A stretch of DNA of 64,000 nucleotides from an uncultured Candidatus Peregrinibacteria bacterium (GTDB lineage Bacteria > Patescibacteriota > Gracilibacteria > Peribacterales > Peribacteraceae): contig CAINVY010000011.1 of assembly GCA_903854335.1 (NCBI GenBank), forward strand, positions 3,007-67,006. The letters are read 5' to 3'. The position numbers and the translations under genes were made by a program. Of the stretch, positions 42,356 to 52,212 are shown in pieces (within the stretch, counting starts at the first letter, position 1; every line of letters begins with the position of its first letter). The notes under the pieces were generated by a model. The model was not told the DNA's origin and searched no databases. It was given only the letters and a program-made list of their open reading frames with translations.

Positions 42356-43639
42356 TCACGAAGTTCTTCCGTGCGTCAGGATATCTTTCGTGATTTGCTT
42401 CCCCACCTCCACCGCGGGCTGGCCGTAGGGATCGATGCGATAGAGCTTCCCGAGAAGGACGACCTCGGAGAGGAGGAGGAAGAAGATTTGTCCGAGGTGG
42501 TAACTGTCCAAGCGTGTCATGGAGATCGTCACGTGGGGGCGTTTCGCGGATGTGAGGGCGGCGCACGTGCCGTCGAAACAGGCGTCGAGCAGCTGCCCCG
42601 TGGTCTTTCCGGCCAGATACTGGAAGGGGGGCGGGAGATCTTCGGGGAGGTGGAGACGCGGTTTCTCGATATCGCGAATGAAGATGTGCCAGGTTCTGCG
42701 CGGCCCGGCCATCCACTGCTGGAGGAGCGAATGCTGATCCTGCGTGCCGATCGCCGCGAGCGGAATCGGGTTGGCCGTTTCCTTCTTCCCGAGGCTTTCC
42801 GCGATGAGTTGCTGATTCCAGCGCGCGAGCGACGCGAGGCGCTGGCTGTAGGGCATGATGACGCGCACGTTGTATCCGCGCTTGGTGTCGAGCATGTACT
42901 GCACGCTCGCAAGGAGTGCGGCGGGATTGTCCTCGAGGGTCGTCTGCTGGCAGAGCGTGTCCATTTCCTTTGCTCCGCGCACGAAGCCGTCGAGGTCGGC
43001 GTCGAGCAGCGCGAGCGGCAAAAGTCCGATGGGTGTGAAGATGGAATATCGGCCTCCGACCGGTTCGGGAATCCCGAGGATTTGGATGTTCTGTTCGATG
43101 GCAAAATTGCGGAGGAAACCTTTCTCGGCGTCCGTAATGGCAATGACGCGTTCGCTGGCTCGTTCCTTGCGCGCTTTCTTCAGCTGTTCCCAGCAGAGGA
43201 AGAACGTGCTGATCGGCTCGAGCGTGTCGCCGGATTTGCTCGCGACGACGACGACGGTCGATTTCCAATTGATGATGGAGAGGTAGGCGGAGAGGACGGC
43301 GGGATCGAGAGTGTCCAGGATGATGAATTCCAAGGACTGCGGCCCCTCGAAGGCTTCGGCGATCACCCGCGGGCCGAGCCCGGATCCGCCGATGCCGATC
43401 CATACGACCGTCGTAACACCTTCACCTTTGATGCGAATCGCCGCTTCTTTGACGCGTTCGATGGATTGCTTGTCATAGGGATCCATCGACCACGCATGCT
43501 GACCGCGCGAACGTTCCGAGAGCCAATCGGAGATGTAACGGCGAAGGGAGGTGCGCAGCGCGACCATCTCCTGATCGGGGATGCCCATCGATGGCGTGAT
43601 GGACTTTGCGAGCGCGGCGGTGATATCGACGTGAAGCAT
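42356..43639 (-). CDS. pgi: Glucose-6-phosphate isomerase
   Basis: 427 aa. VWIGIGGSGLGPRV (SIS/PGI motif) and a PGI-like C-terminal half. The antisense ORF 42248-43654 is a shadow. Confidence 0.85.
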   Translation of the reverse strand: MLHVDITAALAKSITPSMGIPDQEMVALRTSLRRYISDWLSERSRGQHAWSMDPYDKQSIERVKEAAIRIKGEGVTTVVWIGIGGSGLGPRVIAEAFEGPQSLEFIILDTLDPAVLSAYLSIINWKSTVVVVASKSGDTLEPISTFFLCWEQLKKARKERASERVIAITDAEKGFLRNFAIEQNIQILGIPEPVGGRYSIFTPIGLLPLALLDADLDGFVRGAKEMDTLCQQTTLEDNPAALLASVQYMLDTKRGYNVRVIMPYSQRLASLARWNQQLIAESLGKKETANPIPLAAIGTQDQHSLLQQWMAGPRRTWHIFIRDIEKPRLHLPEDLPPPFQYLAGKTTGQLLDACFDGTCAALTSAKRPHVTISMTRLDSYHLGQIFFLLLSEVVLLGKLYRIDPYGQPAVEVGKQITKDILTHGRTS

Positions 43640-43655
43640 GAGGTGAGGACGTAGG

Positions 43656-44237
43656 TTAGAGGGAGCGTAGGGCCGCTGCGACGCGATCTTCGGTGGATCG
43701 CAGGTCGGATGGGAGATTGCGCAGGACGTTCATGATCGTAGGGGAATCGTAACCGAGCTGCGAGAGCGCGGCGATGGCGTCTTGGTCGAAGATGCCGGCG
43801 AATTCCTGCATCGTGTCTGTGGATCCGAGGAGGAGGGGATGTTTCTCGAGGAGGGAGCGGAGTTCGATCACCAATTTCTCCGCGGTTTTCTTCCCGATGC
43901 CCTTCACGCCGGAGAGGATGCGCGGGTCTTGGTCCTGCCCCGCCTTGAAGAGGAGCATGCGCGGGACGTTGCAGAGTTCCAGGGCGGTACGCGGGCCGAT
44001 CCCGGATATCTTGAGGAGTTCCTCGAAAAGGATCTGCCCCGCACGATCCAAAAATCCGTAGAGGTCGAACCGATCTTCGCGCACGTACGTCGAAATCCAA
44101 AGCATTACCGGCGTATCCTCGTGCAATTTCTCGAATACATCGAGCGGCACCAAAACGCGATAGCCCACTCCCGCAACATCAATCGTCACCTCTCCCAGGT
44201 CGCATCGATGCACGGTGCCGCGAAGATGCGCAAACAT
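43656..44237 (-). CDS. ruvA: Holliday junction DNA helicase RuvA
   Basis: 193 aa. MFAHLRGTV...VAGVGYRVLVP..., HhH motifs (ISGIGPRTA, VKGIGKKTAE) and a C-terminal domain III. Confidence 0.9.
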   Translation of the reverse strand: MFAHLRGTVHRCDLGEVTIDVAGVGYRVLVPLDVFEKLHEDTPVMLWISTYVREDRFDLYGFLDRAGQILFEELLKISGIGPRTALELCNVPRMLLFKAGQDQDPRILSGVKGIGKKTAEKLVIELRSLLEKHPLLLGSTDTMQEFAGIFDQDAIAALSQLGYDSPTIMNVLRNLPSDLRSTEDRVAAALRSL

Positions 44238-44313
44238 ACCGCGAGGATAGCAGATGCTTCGGGAGGGAAAAAGCAGATGGCAGGATATCCCCCGTGGCGG
44301 CTTCGCTACGTCC

Positions 44314-44985
44314 TCAGGGCGTTCCCAGCATGACGACGAACTCTCCTTTCTTTATCAGCTTTTTTGCAACATCGGGGAGATTTCGGATGTCCGTCGCGAT
44401 GAATTCTTCGTGCATTTTCGTCAGCTCTCTCGCGATGACGATGCGGCGGTCGGGTTGATCGCGGAGCGACTGCGCGAGTTCGCTGAGCGTCTTCTCGATG
44501 CGGTGTACCGACTCGTAGAAGACGACGGTTCGTTCCTTCTTCCCAAACGATTCCAATAAAGTCTTCCTCCCTTTCTTCAGGGGGAGGAAGCCGAGGTAGA
44601 CGAATTGGTTAATGGGAAGGCCGCTTCCCGAGAGCGCGGCGAGGAAGGCGGACGGGCCCGGCACCACTTCCATCGAAATGTTCTGCTCACGTGCCCGCGA
44701 CACGATCGCGAATCCCGGATCGGAGATGCCCGGCGTTCCAGCGTCCGTCGTCAACGCCAGGTGATCGCCGCGTTTCAATCGCTCGAGGATGAAGGAAATC
44801 TTTCCTTCGTCGCTGTAGCCGTGGAAGCTGATCAGTTCCTTCTTCCCGATTCCCAGTTGTTTCAGGAGGTTTCCCGTAACGCGCGTGTCCTCGCACACGA
44901 TGGCATCGCACTTTTTCAGGGTTTCGATCGCGCGCAGCGTGATGTCGCCGAGGTTGCCGATGGGAGTGGAGACGACGGAGAGCAT
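44314..44985 (-). CDS. rsmI: 16S rRNA (cytidine1402-2'-O)-methyltransferase
   Basis: [35 protein letters not shown] tetrapyrrole-methylase-fold signature. The internal ATG at 44985 is preferred because the longer form translates the nonamer repeat. Confidence 0.85.
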   Translation of the reverse strand: MLSVVSTPIGNLGDITLRAIETLKKCDAIVCEDTRVTGNLLKQLGIGKKELISFHGYSDEGKISFILERLKRGDHLALTTDAGTPGISDPGFAIVSRAREQNISMEVVPGPSAFLAALSGSGLPINQFVYLGFLPLKKGRKTLLESFGKKERTVVFYESVHRIEKTLSELAQSLRDQPDRRIVIARELTKMHEEFIATDIRNLPDVAKKLIKKGEFVVMLGTP

Positions 44986-45000
44986 GGGGGAATGATAGAG

Positions 45001-45036
45001 GAAGACAGGGAAGACAAGGAAGACAGGGGTGACAAG
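45001..45036. repeat. Tandem nonamer array, four units, in the rsmI-gyrA divergent spacer
   Basis: GAAGACAGG GAAGACAAG GAAGACAGG GGTGACAAG. Confidence 0.8.
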
Positions 45037-45129
45037 GAGATCTCTGTCCTCTTTTTTCCGCCCCACCCCTTTTCACTTCCGCGAAATCCGCTATCATCCC
45101 CCAGAACAACCTTTCCCGCCGTTTTTCCC

Positions 45130-47799
45130 ATGGCAGACAAGAAGAGCGATTCCAGTAAGAAACCCGAGCAACAGCCCCTCTCCGGAGGTGGTGAGACGCT
45201 TTCGAGCATCGGTCGGCTCGCGCCGCGTGCGATCGTGACGGAGATGGAGGAGAGCTATCTGAACTACGCCATGAGCGTCATCGTGTCGCGCGCTCTTCCC
45301 GATGCGCGAGACGGACTCAAGCCCGTGCATCGTCGCATTCTCTTCTCGATGCACGAGCTCGGACTGCGCTCGGCCAGCAAGTATCGCAAATCCGCGCTGG
45401 TTGTAGGAGACGTGCTCGGAAAATATCACCCGCACGGCGATTTATCAGTCTACGACGCTCTCGTGCGTATGGCGCAGGAATTCTCGATGCGCTACACGCT
45501 CGTGGATGGCCAGGGAAACTTCGGATCGATCGACGGGGACGGCGCGGCCGCCATGCGTTATACGGAGTGTCGCATGGACAAGATCGCGGACGAAATGCTC
45601 GGAGATATCGAGAAGAACACGGTCGATTTCCTCCCGAACTACGATGCGTCCCGCAAGGAACCGTCGGTGCTTCCGTCCAAAATTCCGGTGCTCCTCCTCA
45701 ATGGAACGGTCGGGATTGCGGTCGGTATGGCGACGAACATCCCGCCCCACAATTTGGGCGAGCTCGTGGATGCGACGACTCACCTCATGGATCACGAGGA
45801 CGCCACGGTGGAAGATCTGCTGGAATTCGTGAAGGGGCCGGACTTCCCGACGCGAGGGATCGTGTACAACAAAGAGGCGATCCGACAGGCGTACCTGACG
45901 GGACGGGGGAGCGTGATCATCCGCGGGAAGGCGGAGATCGAAGAGATGGGGAACGGCCGCTACCAAATCCGCATCAATGAGATTCCTTACCAGGTGAACA
46001 AGTCCTCGATGATCGAGCGCATGGCCGAACTCGTGACCGAGAAGATCATCGTCGGTGTTTCCGATATCCGCGACGAGTCCGACCGCGACGGCATCCGCAT
46101 CATCATCGAGCTGAAGAAGGACGCTTATCCACAGAAAGTGTTGAACCAACTCTTCAAGCTCACCGATCTCCAGACGAGTTTCGGCTACAACATGATCGCG
46201 CTCGCCGACGGTTTGCAGCCCCGTCTCTTGAATCTCCTGGAACTCCTCGAGATTTTCGTGGGACATCGGCGCGTCGTCGTGCGCAGACGCATCACGTTCG
46301 AACGCGATCGCGCGATGGAGCGTGCCCACATCCTCGAAGGACTCAAGAAGGCGCTCGATCACATCGATGAGATCATCGCCGTCATCAAGAAGAGTGAGAC
46401 CAAGGAGATCGCGAAGGTGAACCTCGTCGGCAAATTCAAGCTTTCCGAGATCCAGGCGGATGCGATTCTCCAGATGCGTCTCCAGACGCTGGCGGGTCTC
46501 GAACGCAAGAAAATCGAGGACGAGCTCAAGGAGAAGAAGAAATTCATCGCGGAGTGCGAGGAGCTGCTCAAGAGCCAGAAGAAGATGGACGATGTCATCA
46601 GAGCTGAATTGCAGCTCATGAAGGAGACGTACGACGACGGACGCCGCACGACGGTGGTGCCCTACGAGGTTGGGCAATTCTCCGCCAAGGACACGATCCC
46701 CAATGCTCCGATGATGGTCACGCTGACGCTCGCCGGATACGTGAAGCGTCTCAGCCCGTCCCAATTCCGTTCGCAGCATCGCGGCGGCAAGGGCGTTATC
46801 GGCATGGCGACGAAGGACGATGACGAGGTGCTCTCGCTCCTGCACGTCATGAACCACGACGATCTCCTCTACTTCACGAACACGGGTCGCATCTTCCGTC
46901 ATCCGGTCTACGAATTGCCGCAGGCGGGAAGGGCGGCGAAGGGTCAGGCGATCGTGAACATGCTCCAGCTGCAGCCGGAGGAGCGCATCACGGCGATCCT
47001 CAAGGCCGATCTCAGTGAATCGAAATATCTCTTCATGGCGACGAACAAGGGAACGGTGAAGCGCACGGAAGTCTCCGAATTCGAGAATATCCGACGCTCC
47101 GGCCTGATCGCGCAGAAGCTTCCGCCCGGCGACGAACTCCAGTGGGTCGTCGCGACGAGCGGCAAGGACGAACTCTTCCTCCTCACCAGGAAGGGCAAGG
47201 CGATTCGTTTCAAGGAGGATGACGTGCGTTCGATGGGACGCAGTGCGGCGGGCGTGCGCGGCATCAAACTGTCCGCGGGCGATTACGTGGTGGAGGCGGC
47301 GCTGATTCGAGATCCTTCGCACAGCCAGCTCATGGTCGTGATGGAGAACGGGCTCGGCAAAATGACGCCGGTCACCGAGTATCGTTTCCAGGGAAGGGGA
47401 GGCACGGGCGTGAAGGTGGCTCAACTGACGGCGAAAACGGGCGATATCGTCGGGGGGTGCGTGCTGCAGCAGGGCGAGGACGGCGATCTCCTGTGTATCA
47501 GCAAGCAGGGACAGATGATCCGCATGCGTCTCTCGGATATTCCCTCGCGCGGCCGTGCCACGCAGGGCGTGATCGTCATGCGACTCAATGCCCGCGACAA
47601 AGTGGCGACGATGAACGTGGTCATGGAGGACAAGGAGAGCCAGGAGGCGATCCTGCAGGCAGCTGAGGATCTGCGTGAGGAGGAGGTGGAAGCGATCGAG
47701 AAAGAAGGTCGTCGTGTCCAGAGGGTGGCGAAGAAGATGGCGACGGAGGCTCTGACGTCTGTGGCTCCCGTGAAGAAGAAGTCGAGCTCGAAGAAATAA
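45130..47799 (+). CDS. gyrA: DNA gyrase subunit A
   Basis: The internal ATG gives MADKK...[34 protein letters not shown]..., the catalytic region (AAMRYTE), C-terminal beta-pinwheel repeats and an acidic/Lys-rich tail. Confidence 0.95.
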   Translation: MADKKSDSSKKPEQQPLSGGGETLSSIGRLAPRAIVTEMEESYLNYAMSVIVSRALPDARDGLKPVHRRILFSMHELGLRSASKYRKSALVVGDVLGKYHPHGDLSVYDALVRMAQEFSMRYTLVDGQGNFGSIDGDGAAAMRYTECRMDKIADEMLGDIEKNTVDFLPNYDASRKEPSVLPSKIPVLLLNGTVGIAVGMATNIPPHNLGELVDATTHLMDHEDATVEDLLEFVKGPDFPTRGIVYNKEAIRQAYLTGRGSVIIRGKAEIEEMGNGRYQIRINEIPYQVNKSSMIERMAELVTEKIIVGVSDIRDESDRDGIRIIIELKKDAYPQKVLNQLFKLTDLQTSFGYNMIALADGLQPRLLNLLELLEIFVGHRRVVVRRRITFERDRAMERAHILEGLKKALDHIDEIIAVIKKSETKEIAKVNLVGKFKLSEIQADAILQMRLQTLAGLERKKIEDELKEKKKFIAECEELLKSQKKMDDVIRAELQLMKETYDDGRRTTVVPYEVGQFSAKDTIPNAPMMVTLTLAGYVKRLSPSQFRSQHRGGKGVIGMATKDDDEVLSLLHVMNHDDLLYFTNTGRIFRHPVYELPQAGRAAKGQAIVNMLQLQPEERITAILKADLSESKYLFMATNKGTVKRTEVSEFENIRRSGLIAQKLPPGDELQWVVATSGKDELFLLTRKGKAIRFKEDDVRSMGRSAAGVRGIKLSAGDYVVEAALIRDPSHSQLMVVMENGLGKMTPVTEYRFQGRGGTGVKVAQLTAKTGDIVGGCVLQQGEDGDLLCISKQGQMIRMRLSDIPSRGRATQGVIVMRLNARDKVATMNVVMEDKESQEAILQAAEDLREEEVEAIEKEGRRVQRVAKKMATEALTSVAPVKKKSSSKK

Positions 47800-47859
47800 G
47801 AACGGAGGATCCTTCGACTGTGCTCAGGACAGGTTCCGAAGATGCCGAGGTACGGCGGG

Positions 47860-48255
47860 CTATGTGTTTTTCTTCTTCTGCAGATGGGGATGGTCTAGAA
47901 GAGCGAGAATGCGAGGATCTACTCCTAAGATGGAATGTTCGATGGCTTTTGGCAGATGGTCCAAGACGCATGTGCAGGTATCCTGCATCAAAAATTTAAT
48001 TCTTTTTTCTGCCTCGTCACCTGTTCCGGATACCACGAAGTTTGCCTCTATCCAAGGGTCGATAGAGAGGCCGATGAGATTTCCGCCCAGGAGAGCATCG
48101 ATATTTTCCCAGGTTTTCGCGGAAATCATGCCGAATGGACGCATGACCGCTTCCACTTCCTCGGGGGACGGACGTACATCTGGATCTGGGAAAGCCGAAC
48201 GAACTTTCTCTACGACTTGCTGCGCTTGCGAAGGAGACTTATGCAATGACCACAT
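47860..48255 (-). CDS. Hypothetical protein (131 aa)
   Basis: ATG start, lower G+C, no recognised motif. Confidence 0.45.
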   Translation of the reverse strand: MWSLHKSPSQAQQVVEKVRSAFPDPDVRPSPEEVEAVMRPFGMISAKTWENIDALLGGNLIGLSIDPWIEANFVVSGTGDEAEKRIKFLMQDTCTCVLDHLPKAIEHSILGVDPRILALLDHPHLQKKKNT

Positions 48256-48374
48256 TGGAGGGAAAGTCTATTAGCACCGTTCCGTTTGTCAATTTTCAGC
48301 ACAATGAGCATTTCCGACATGCCCGCTTTCGATCCTGTTGCAAAATATCGGATCTTCGTTACAATCCCTCGGCT

Positions 48375-48587
48375 ATGAAACAGGGTATCCATCCGGAAGT
48401 ATTTCCCAAGGCAAAGACGACCTGCCAGACGTGCGGAGCCATTTTCTTGATTCCGTCGACGGTGGAGACGCAAACGGTTGAAATTTGCCGTAGCTGTCAC
48501 CCGATCTACACGGGCAAGGCGCAGAAGGATATCAAGGGTGGTCGCGTCGAGCGATTCCGCAAGCGTATGGCTGCGGGGAAGTCGTAA
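48375..48587 (+). CDS. rpmE: 50S ribosomal protein L31 (Zn-ribbon type)
   Basis: MKQGIHPEV...CQTCG...CRSCHPIYTGK. Internal ATG of ORF 48246-48587. Confidence 0.9.
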   Translation: MKQGIHPEVFPKAKTTCQTCGAIFLIPSTVETQTVEICRSCHPIYTGKAQKDIKGGRVERFRKRMAAGKS

Positions 48588-48616
48588 GCGGACGAAGGTA
48601 TTGATGATCCTCTTCC

Positions 48617-48643
48617 TTGGCACTCTTTCGTCATGAGTGCTAT
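48617..48643 (+). promoter_or_regulatory. CIRCE operator overlapping the hrcA start codon
   Basis: TTGGCACTC-TTTCGTCAT-GAGTGCTAT compared with the consensus TTAGCACTC-N9-GAGTGCTAA (two mismatches). The hrcA ATG is at 48633. Confidence 0.75.
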
Positions 48644-49364
48644 GCTGCTTCGTATGAACGAACGGCAGGGCAGATTGCTCGTCGCCATCATCGACCAATT
48701 CATCCAGACAGCGGTGCCTGTCGGATCGAAGCGTCTCCTGGAAGGGGCCGATTTCAGCCTTTCCTCAGCGACGATCCGCAGCGAGATGGGTGCGCTTGAG
48801 GACGAGGGATTCTTGGAGCAACCCCACGTCTCCTCCGGACGCATTCCGACGGCGAAGGGATACCGCGTCTTCGTGAGGGAGTTCCTGCATCCGTCGCCCC
48901 ACGAACGTCAAGTCAGGCACAAGTTCGCCGAACTTCGGGAGCAGTATTTCCAGCGCAAGGATCAGGAATTCGTCTACGAAGCCGTCGCGCTCCTCTCGCG
49001 CATGATTCCCAACATCGCGTTCGCAACGGTTCCGCACAAGCCGGGTGTCTATTATTTGGGTCTTTCAAACGTTCTCCGCCAACCCGAATTCCAAGTGGAT
49101 CCAGCACTTGCCACGGGTGTGGCCGAAGTGCTCGAGAGTCGGCTCTCCACACTTCTCGAGAAGATCGAGGTAGATGAACGGATCCGTTTCTACATTGGCG
49201 ATGAGAATCTCCTGCCTCAGATTCAAAGTTGCAGCTTGATGGTTACCGAGTACCACCTGCGCGGCGGTCGTGGTGCCATCGGCGTCCTCGGACACATGCG
49301 TATGGATTATGCATACAATTCGGTGGCACTGGAGCTGGTGGCGGATTTACTGAGGAAGGCGTGA
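48633..49364 (+). CDS. hrcA: Heat-inducible transcription repressor HrcA (short form)
   Basis: RQGRLLVAIIDQFIQTAVPVGSKRL...SSATIRSEMGALEDEGFLEQPHVSSGRIPT. At 243 aa it is shorter than typical HrcA. Confidence 0.85.
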   Translation: MSAMLLRMNERQGRLLVAIIDQFIQTAVPVGSKRLLEGADFSLSSATIRSEMGALEDEGFLEQPHVSSGRIPTAKGYRVFVREFLHPSPHERQVRHKFAELREQYFQRKDQEFVYEAVALLSRMIPNIAFATVPHKPGVYYLGLSNVLRQPEFQVDPALATGVAEVLESRLSTLLEKIEVDERIRFYIGDENLLPQIQSCSLMVTEYHLRGGRGAIGVLGHMRMDYAYNSVALELVADLLRKA

Positions 49365-49375
49365 TGGGGAGGGGG

Positions 49376-49476
49376 TAGGACGTAGGACAGAGGACGTAGG
49401 ACGTAGAATCTTGTGGAGATTCCTCTTTTTCTTACGTCCGCAGCCCTATGTCCTACGTCCTACGTCCTCTGTCCTC
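49376..49476. repeat. Opposed heptamer arrays, 4 direct plus 4 inverted (T/G)AGGAC(G/A) units
   Basis: TAGGACG TAGGACA GAGGACG TAGGACG (49376-49403). Loop containing GAATCT-tgtgg-AGATTC followed by CTCTTTTTCTT. Then TGTCCTA CGTCCTA CGTCCTC TGTCCTC (49449-49476). Confidence 0.85.
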
Positions 49477-49497
49477 ATTCCCTGTATACTCCCTGCG

Positions 49498-52212
49498 ATG
49501 CCCCCCGCAAAAAGCAACACCGTACTTCTCCGTATCCGTCCGTCGCTTCCCGATCCCGATGAAACCAGCGCCGCGCGCGGTCCGATCATGATGGAGGCGG
49601 TGCTCTCGACGTTGCACTCGCTGAGAGGCAAGAACGCCGTGATCAGTTTGGAGATTGGAATCAGCGAGGGGAAGATCGCGCTCTTTGCGAGATCCGCCGC
49701 TGCATCCGCTTCGCTCATCGAGAGTCAGATCTACGCGCAGTTTCCCGATGCAGAAATCGATCGCGTTTCCGTCGATTTGCTCGATCCGCGGGAAGGGGAG
49801 TCGGTTTTCGTGAGTGATCTCACGCTCACCCATGCCGAGCTCTATCCGATCAAGCGCTATCCGCAGTTCGTCGATCTGGTGACGCGGCAGAATATCGATA
49901 CGATTGCGGGAATACTCTCGTCTCTCGTTCGCTATCCGAAGCCGCAAATGCGCGGTTACATCCAAGTGGTCATCGCTCCGACGTCACATAGATACCGACG
50001 TCGTGCGTTGGCATTCTTCCCGTTGATTCTTCGCGGTATCAGCAAAATGTCGCCCGCCTATGCTCGCCTCTTCACGCGTGTGCACATGGCGCGAGGCTGG
50101 AACAGAGTGTTGCTCCTTCCCGCTGACATCCTCATGGGAGGATTTCGTGCGTGGTTCGGCAAACCGGCGACGAAGAACATTTCTCTGCTCACGGGAGAAG
50201 AGACGCAGGATGAAAATGTGGATGAGGACCACAAGGTTGGCATGCGCAGCCACGATCGTGAGGATGCGGCGACGGCTGCGGTGGACAAGATCAATCATCT
50301 CCTCTTCGATGCCTGCGTGCGCGTGAATGTCACCGCTCCCGAGAAGTACGCGGAGGAGGCGAAGGCAAAGGCGGAGGAAATCGCTTCGAGTTTTCGACAA
50401 TTCACCCTACCGCAGTGCAACGGTTTTTCGGCCACACCCTGCCGCATGCGGTCGCAGTACGTCCGCGGTCTCTCCTCGCCGTTTGCGCTCTCCGTAGAGG
50501 AAGTCGCCACACTCTGGCACGTGCCGAACATCCTCGTGAAGACGCCGAATTTCGATTGGGTCGTCAGCAAGAAATTGGAACCGCCCGTGGATTTGCCCGT
50601 CCTCGAGGACGAAGTTTCAGACCCCGATTTGACGGTGCTCGGAGAAGCAGTGTTCCGCGGTCAGCGTCAGAAATTTGGTATTCGCACGGACGATCGTCGC
50701 CGCCACATGTACACGATTGGAAAGACCGGCATGGGCAAATCGACGCTCCTCGAGAACATGATCTTTTCGGATATCCATGCGGGGCGCGGCGTTGCTGTCA
50801 TCGATCCGCACGGCGATCTCGTGGAGGCGGTTATGCGCTTCATCCCCGCGAGCCGCACGAATGATGTCATCCTCTTCGATCCGGCAGATCGCGATTATCC
50901 CGTCTCGTTCAACATGCTCAATTGCCCCAATCCCGAGCAGCGCCCCCTCGTCGCGTCGGGGCTCATGAGCGTCTTCAAAAAGCTCTGGCCCGACGCCTTT
51001 TCCGGGCGCATGGAATACATCCTCCGCAATGCGTTACTTGCGCTTCTGGATGCGGAAAACAACTCCATGCTCGGGATCATGCGCATCTTTGTGGACGATG
51101 CATTCCGTGCCAAGATCATGGAGCGCGTAACGAATCATCTCGTGAAGAGTTTCTGGGAGGACGAGTACACGAGCTGGTCGGACAAGTACCGCACCGAGGC
51201 GATCGCGGCGGTGCAGAACAAGATCGGGCAGCTCGTCACGACGCCGCTGATCCGTAATATCGTGGGGCAGGTGGTTTCCAAGGTGGATATTCGCCATGCG
51301 ATGGACACGGGCAAGATCATTCTGATGAATTTAAGCAAGGGAAAGCTCGGTGAGGATAATTCCGCGTTCCTTGGCTCGATGATGGTCACGAAGTTCCAGC
51401 TCGATGCCATGAGCCGGGCGGATATTCCGGAGAAGGATCGACGGGATTTCTTCCTCTACGTCGACGAGTTCCAGAACTTCGCTACCGAATCCTTCGCCAC
51501 GATCCTCTCGGAGGCGCGTAAGTACCGCCTCAATCTCACGATGGCCAATCAGTACGTGAATCAGCTCCTCATCGGGGAGGGGAATGGCAATACGATGCTT
51601 CGGGATGCGGTTTTCGGCAACGTGGGCTCCATGGTGTGCTTCCAGGTCGGATCCGACGACGCGGAGCCCCTCAGCCTGCAATTCGAGGAAATGGTGCTGC
51701 CCAAAGACATTCTAAGTCTTCCCAAGTACCACGCGTACACGCGCCTGATGATCCGCGGCGTGCCCTCGAAGCCGTTCTCCGTGAGCACGCTCCCTCCGCC
51801 CGATTTTGAGCAGGATGACGGGCGCATGGAGACGATTCGTCGTCTCTCCCGTGAGCGGTATTCCGAGAAAGCGTCGGTCGTCGAGGAGAAGATCACGAAG
51901 TGGATTGCGAGCGGGCGTGCCTCCGCGAAGGATGCCAAACACTCCGAGAAGGCCAAGGAGAAGGAAGAAGAAGAGTTGAAGAAAGCCAAGAAGAAGGGTT
52001 TGACGCTCGCGCAGTACCGCGAATGGCGCGATCGTGAACTTCGGACAAACGAATTCAACGCGCTTCGCAAAAAAGAATTCCTGGGTGAAACGCTTTCAGA
52101 GGAGGAAGTGAAGGCAAAAGCCGCATTGGCCGAGATGCTCGAAAAGACTGGCGGGATCCCTCCTCCAAGCAAGACGATGCTGGATATGAAGGAGAAGAAG
52201 AAAGCCTCCTGA
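49498..52212 (+). CDS. Type IV coupling protein-like (VirD4/TraD/HerA-type) P-loop ATPase
   Basis: Walker A IGKTGMGKSTLLENM, Walker B FFLYVDEFQNFAT, a long N-terminal domain and a K/E-rich C-terminal tail. Start moved to ATG 49498, downstream of the repeat array. Confidence 0.75.
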   Translation: MPPAKSNTVLLRIRPSLPDPDETSAARGPIMMEAVLSTLHSLRGKNAVISLEIGISEGKIALFARSAAASASLIESQIYAQFPDAEIDRVSVDLLDPREGESVFVSDLTLTHAELYPIKRYPQFVDLVTRQNIDTIAGILSSLVRYPKPQMRGYIQVVIAPTSHRYRRRALAFFPLILRGISKMSPAYARLFTRVHMARGWNRVLLLPADILMGGFRAWFGKPATKNISLLTGEETQDENVDEDHKVGMRSHDREDAATAAVDKINHLLFDACVRVNVTAPEKYAEEAKAKAEEIASSFRQFTLPQCNGFSATPCRMRSQYVRGLSSPFALSVEEVATLWHVPNILVKTPNFDWVVSKKLEPPVDLPVLEDEVSDPDLTVLGEAVFRGQRQKFGIRTDDRRRHMYTIGKTGMGKSTLLENMIFSDIHAGRGVAVIDPHGDLVEAVMRFIPASRTNDVILFDPADRDYPVSFNMLNCPNPEQRPLVASGLMSVFKKLWPDAFSGRMEYILRNALLALLDAENNSMLGIMRIFVDDAFRAKIMERVTNHLVKSFWEDEYTSWSDKYRTEAIAAVQNKIGQLVTTPLIRNIVGQVVSKVDIRHAMDTGKIILMNLSKGKLGEDNSAFLGSMMVTKFQLDAMSRADIPEKDRRDFFLYVDEFQNFATESFATILSEARKYRLNLTMANQYVNQLLIGEGNGNTMLRDAVFGNVGSMVCFQVGSDDAEPLSLQFEEMVLPKDILSLPKYHAYTRLMIRGVPSKPFSVSTLPPPDFEQDDGRMETIRRLSRERYSEKASVVEEKITKWIASGRASAKDAKHSEKAKEKEEEELKKAKKKGLTLAQYREWRDRELRTNEFNALRKKEFLGETLSEEEVKAKAALAEMLEKTGGIPPPSKTMLDMKEKKKAS

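Noticed and set aside
45445-47424. 659-aa minus-strand ORF. Similar long antisense ORFs occur at 42248-43654, 36564-37313, 6869-8308, 11377-12597 and 53290-54057.
   Set aside because: Each is antisense to a gene with unmistakable family motifs (gyrA, pgi, purP, rel, the giant protein, glyA). Their compositions are Arg/His/Leu/Asp-rich and they carry no recognisable motif.
49376-49476. CRISPR array (also considered for 45001-45036 and 21168-21195)
   Set aside because: The units are 7-9 nt and directly abut each other with no spacers. No cas genes are present.
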